A DNA stretch of 64,000 bases from Escherichia phage JLBYU22: sequence record OK272484.1; one strand, written 5' to 3'. Positions 60,987 to 64,000 of this stretch are shown here, one piece after another. The notes below the pieces were generated by a model. It made no database searches, was not told the DNA's origin, and was given only the letters and a program-made list of their open reading frames with translations. The translations under genes were made by a program, and so were the position numbers. Within the stretch, counting starts at the first letter, position 1. The number at the start of each line of letters is the position of its first letter.

Positions 60987-61643
60987 ATGGCAGCACCTAG
61001 AATATCACTTTCGCCCTCTGATATTCTATTTGGTGTTCTAGATCGCTTGTTCAAAGATAACGCTACCGGGAAAGTTCTTGCTTCCCGGGTAGCTGTCGTA
61101 ATTCTTTTATTTATGATGGCGATTGTTTGGTATAGGGGAGATAGTTTCTTTGAGTACTATAAGCAATCAAAGTATGAAACATACAGTGAAATTATTGAAA
61201 AGGAAAGAAATGCACGCTTTGAATCTGTCGCCCTGGAACAACTCCAGATAGTTCATATATCATCTGAGGCAGACTTTAGTGCGGTGTATTCTTTCCGCCC
61301 TAAAAACTTAAACTATTTTGTTGATATTATAGCATACGAAGGAAGATTACCTTCGACAATAACAGAAAAATCACTTGGAGGATATCCTGTTGATAAAACT
61401 ATGGATGAATATACAGTTCATTTAAATGGACGTCATTATTATTCCGATTCAAAATTTGCTTTTTTACCAACTAAAAAGCCTACTCCCGAAATAAACTACA
61501 TGTACAGTTGTCCATATTTTAATTTGGATAATATCTATGCTGGAACGATAACCATGTACTGGTATAGAAATGATCATATAAGTAATGACCGCCTTGAATC
61601 AATATGTGCTCAGGCGGCCAGAATATTAGGAAGGGCTAAATAA
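60987..61643 (+). CDS. t: Holin T
   Basis: 218 aa; single N-terminal TM helix (VAVVILLFMMAIVW) and large periplasmic domain. Confidence 0.95.
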   Translation: MAAPRISLSPSDILFGVLDRLFKDNATGKVLASRVAVVILLFMMAIVWYRGDSFFEYYKQSKYETYSEIIEKERNARFESVALEQLQIVHISSEADFSAVYSFRPKNLNYFVDIIAYEGRLPSTITEKSLGGYPVDKTMDEYTVHLNGRHYYSDSKFAFLPTKKPTPEINYMYSCPYFNLDNIYAGTITMYWYRNDHISNDRLESICAQAARILGRAK

Positions 61644-61916
61644 TTATTTGTTCGTATACATCTCTAGATATCGATATACACCCTCAAAACCCTCGTTGAA
61701 TTCGTCGATGAGGGTTTTCTTATCTTCTTGAGTTAATTCAGAAACAATTTTACGGAATGAATTCTGATTTAATTTTCTACCTTCATGCGTTACTCCAATC
61801 TCATTCAGAAATGCAATAAAATTAGCACGATTCTCAACAATATCTTCTCTGGAAAATTTAATCAAAATAGACGCAACAGTAATAATTTCACGAACTGTAT
61901 CAATGTTTTTATTCAT
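61644..61916 (-). CDS. asiA: AsiA anti-sigma70 factor
   Basis: 90 aa as in T4 AsiA. Confidence 0.95.
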   Translation of the reverse strand: MNKNIDTVREIITVASILIKFSREDIVENRANFIAFLNEIGVTHEGRKLNQNSFRKIVSELTQEDKKTLIDEFNEGFEGVYRYLEMYTNK

Positions 61917-61928
61917 TAACTATACCAC

Positions 61929-62081
61929 TCAATTAGTTGACTTTGTTATAATATCATCAGACGCTTGATTTGTAAACTGGTCTGTGTTATTTTCTTCAAA
62001 AATTTTTTCTACGAATTCCTTGAACGACTTACGTTCCTGAGCTACATTATGCTCGATTACTTTTTCAAGATTATGACTCAT
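61929..62081 (-). CDS. Small 50-aa protein between asiA and arn; not in ORF track
   Basis: ATGA overlap with the arn stop; found by hand translation. Confidence 0.5.
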   Translation of the reverse strand: MSHNLEKVIEHNVAQERKSFKEFVEKIFEENNTDQFTNQASDDIITKSTN

Positions 62082-62356
62082 TCGAAATAATCTTCAATTT
62101 CATAATCATGGACGTAAATCATTATAGTTTTTAATACATCATCAATACTTTTTCCTGGAGCTGGAATTACGTAGAAATATCCTGCTTTTGAGAGGTCTTT
62201 ATAAGTTCCAATCAAGAAATCATTATTCTCAAGATGTAGTTCTTCAACTAATTCATTAACAATTGAATGGTATAGGTTTGGTAGAAACTTATATAGCTTT
62301 TCTAGAATATCAATTTTGATTGTGTATTGAACCACGGATTGAGAATCAATAATCAT
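62078..62356 (-). CDS. arn: Arn-like anti-restriction protein (inhibits McrBC in T4)
   Basis: 92 aa and position right after asiA as in T4; assigned by size and synteny. Confidence 0.7.
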   Translation of the reverse strand: MIIDSQSVVQYTIKIDILEKLYKFLPNLYHSIVNELVEELHLENNDFLIGTYKDLSKAGYFYVIPAPGKSIDDVLKTIMIYVHDYEIEDYFE

Positions 62357-62439
62357 AGACCTTCCCCTTATGTTTCTGTTTGCGATTAGATTCTTTAAAC
62401 GCTTTCTTCTTATCCATATGAACAGAAGCTTTATTAAAA

Positions 62440-62658
62440 TTATGTTTTGCGACTAAATTGTTCATAGTGCTGAATTACCTCTCTCAAACATTTGCATGTG
62501 AATGAAAACTTTTTAGCTACACCACATTCAAATATATGTTCTCTTAAATCGTGTGTATCCGTATATCCCATCTCAACAATAAAATGCCGTATTAGATTTT
62601 TATCTTTATCATTGAGAGAATTAAAATAATCAGATTTTGAATTAATTTCCCTGGCCAA
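62440..62658 (-). CDS. Hypothetical 72-aa protein
   Basis: ORF in arn-motA early cluster. Confidence 0.5.
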   Translation of the reverse strand: MAREINSKSDYFNSLNDKDKNLIRHFIVEMGYTDTHDLREHIFECGVAKKFSFTCKCLREVIQHYEQFSRKT

Positions 62659-62938
62659 ATTGAATCACCTTCAGTTGACGTTTTAGCTCTTTTATCATCT
62701 CTTCGTTCATCGCAATATAAAGATCGCGTAAAGCAGGTTTTAGCATGTCATTTATTATAGAACTAAATGGACATACATAATCTTTTCCTACGAGCTTTTT
62801 GGTGAATTCCATATCACAGAACTTAAATCCCGGCTCATTGGTATAAATTCCCCAATTAGTTGACATCATTTTATTGGCATATTCTAGTGCCTGGATTTGA
62901 TTCATAATTCCATCAATTTGAAACTTTTTAATATTCAT
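62642..62938 (-). CDS. Hypothetical 98-aa protein
   Basis: ORF in arn-motA early cluster. Confidence 0.5.
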   Translation of the reverse strand: MNIKKFQIDGIMNQIQALEYANKMMSTNWGIYTNEPGFKFCDMEFTKKLVGKDYVCPFSSIINDMLKPALRDLYIAMNEEMIKELKRQLKVIQFGQGN

Positions 62939-63399
62939 TAGTAAAGGTCCTCAGAGTAAAGTTCTTTTTCACTACCACCACGTTCAATACGTACTTGTCC
63001 AGCGTAAGTTGCAATAATCATTGCTTCTTCACGTGTCCAATAATTACTATATTGGTCAATAAACCCTTGGTCATCATCACAAACTTGTTGAGTAACTAAT
63101 TGAGGTTTAACTACATCTAAAACTTCTGCCATATCTTTAGAATAATGACGAGCACCTGGAATAATAAGAGTTCGTCCATCTTTTAATTTAAAACGGTTGG
63201 CTGCACAGACAATTCGTCGTTGATACTTTTGGTTTTCATCCCAATATGCAGTCTGCCAACAGATTTCAGGAACTTCATCTAAAACATTTTGTTCTGTATA
63301 TTCACCACCATAAGAAGCTAATTTAGCAGCCAGACTTTCCGGAGTCTCACGAGATAAAGCTTTATCTAACAGAGCTAAACGTTCTTTAAAAGTTTTCAT
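62938..63399 (-). CDS. Hypothetical 153-aa protein
   Basis: ORF in arn-motA early cluster; no motif recognised. Confidence 0.55.
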   Translation of the reverse strand: MKTFKERLALLDKALSRETPESLAAKLASYGGEYTEQNVLDEVPEICWQTAYWDENQKYQRRIVCAANRFKLKDGRTLIIPGARHYSKDMAEVLDVVKPQLVTQQVCDDDQGFIDQYSNYWTREEAMIIATYAGQVRIERGGSEKELYSEDLY

Positions 63400-63725
63400 T
63401 TAAACCATCCTTTAATACGCTGCCACAAAGTTTTCTGTTGAGCTTTGTTAACACCAATTGAACGAATAACCGGTTGAGATTCCTGGAATTCTTTATAATC
63501 GGCAAGGTAAATTTCGTAAGCTGCATCTGTAAAGGAACTTATCGCTGCCATAAAATTATTGCGAATACCTACTGGAGCATCTTTACTTTCACGAATAATC
63601 ATGTATTTACCAGTCTTAATCTTTACAATAGTTCCAAGATAAGCTCCATGGTACCAAATATCCCAACCCTCTTGAGTAGGTTCTGCACAACGACGAAGTT
63701 CATTGACAATTTCTAACTTGTTCAT
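63396..63725 (-). CDS. Hypothetical 109-aa protein adjacent to motA
   Basis: ATGA coupling with downstream ORF; GAGGAA RBS. Confidence 0.55.
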   Translation of the reverse strand: MNKLEIVNELRRCAEPTQEGWDIWYHGAYLGTIVKIKTGKYMIIRESKDAPVGIRNNFMAAISSFTDAAYEIYLADYKEFQESQPVIRSIGVNKAQQKTLWQRIKGWFK

Positions 63726-63735
63726 TATTTATTCC

Positions 63736-64000
63736 TCACAGTTCAGATGCTACAGTGATTACAGCTTCAATGTTTTCTGCCGAGCGTTTAATGTCAAGAT
63801 ACACATTACCGTTTTTAGCGATTTTACAAGACATTCCGATATCAGTAAATTTCTGAATATGATGTTCCATCATTTTGTATCCAAAAATTCGCATGTTTCC
63901 ATTGTTGTTAATTTCAAAATTGCGAATTCCGTGAGTGCGTTTTTCTAAAATAGCAAGATAATTACTACGATAAGTTTCAACCTTTTTAAGAACAAATCCA
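63736..64000 (-). CDS. motA: MotA middle-transcription activator, C-terminal DNA-binding part (5' end outside window)
   Basis: Hand translation of the minus strand ends in ...RSAENIEAVITVASEL, matching the T4 MotA C-terminus as I recall it; not in ORF track because no start codon lies in the window. Confidence 0.8.
   Translation of the reverse strand, partial: GFVLKKVETYRSNYLAILEKRTHGIRNFEINNNGNMRIFGYKMMEHHIQKFTDIGMSCKIAKNGNVYLDIKRSAENIEAVITVASEL

Noticed and set aside
62357-62439. 21-codon basic peptide ORF between arn and the 72-aa ORF
   Set aside because: Too short and not supported by any RBS; most likely a spacer or promoter region.
63703-63948. Plus-strand 81-aa ORF at the window end
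   Set aside because: The opposite strand translates to the recognisable MotA C-terminus ending VITVASEL.

Overview
This window is a contiguous piece of a T4-like (T-even, Tevenvirinae) myovirus genome, near-collinear with phage T4 from gene 18 through motA. All calls rest on reading the supplied six-frame translations against remembered T4 proteins and motifs; no database search was run. The first ~22.6 kb is the late morphogenesis block: tail sheath (5' truncated), tail tube, portal, prohead core, protease, scaffold, major capsid and vertex proteins, then rnlB/hoc/inh/uvsW/uvsY and the baseplate hub genes 25-26-51-27-28-29-48-54. The next ~28 kb is an almost entirely minus-strand early/accessory block (two Alt-family ADP-ribosyltransferases, DNA ligase, rIII, gp31, dCMP deaminase, polynucleotide kinase, spanins, alc, RNA ligase 1, endonuclease II, nrdB, nrdA, td, frd, gp32, gp59, gp33, dsbA, RNase H) interspersed with many small ORFs of unknown function. 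The last ~13 kb carries the long tail fibre genes 34-35-36-37-38, holin t, then asiA, arn, four small ORFs and the 3' end of motA. Differences from T4 that I can see: Hoc carries an extra tandem Ig-like domain, there is no segD between inh and uvsW, nrdB and td are uninterrupted (no group I introns), a 119-codon ORF sits between frd and td, and the fibre tip is T2-type (gp37 with a C-terminal self-cleaving chaperone domain plus a glycine-rich gp38 adhesin). I found no tRNA, rRNA, CRISPR array, integrase or transposase. No clearly novel multi-gene system is evident; the most interesting items are small uncharacterised ORFs at operon joints, the tandem Alt paralogs and a duplicated promoter/leader module.
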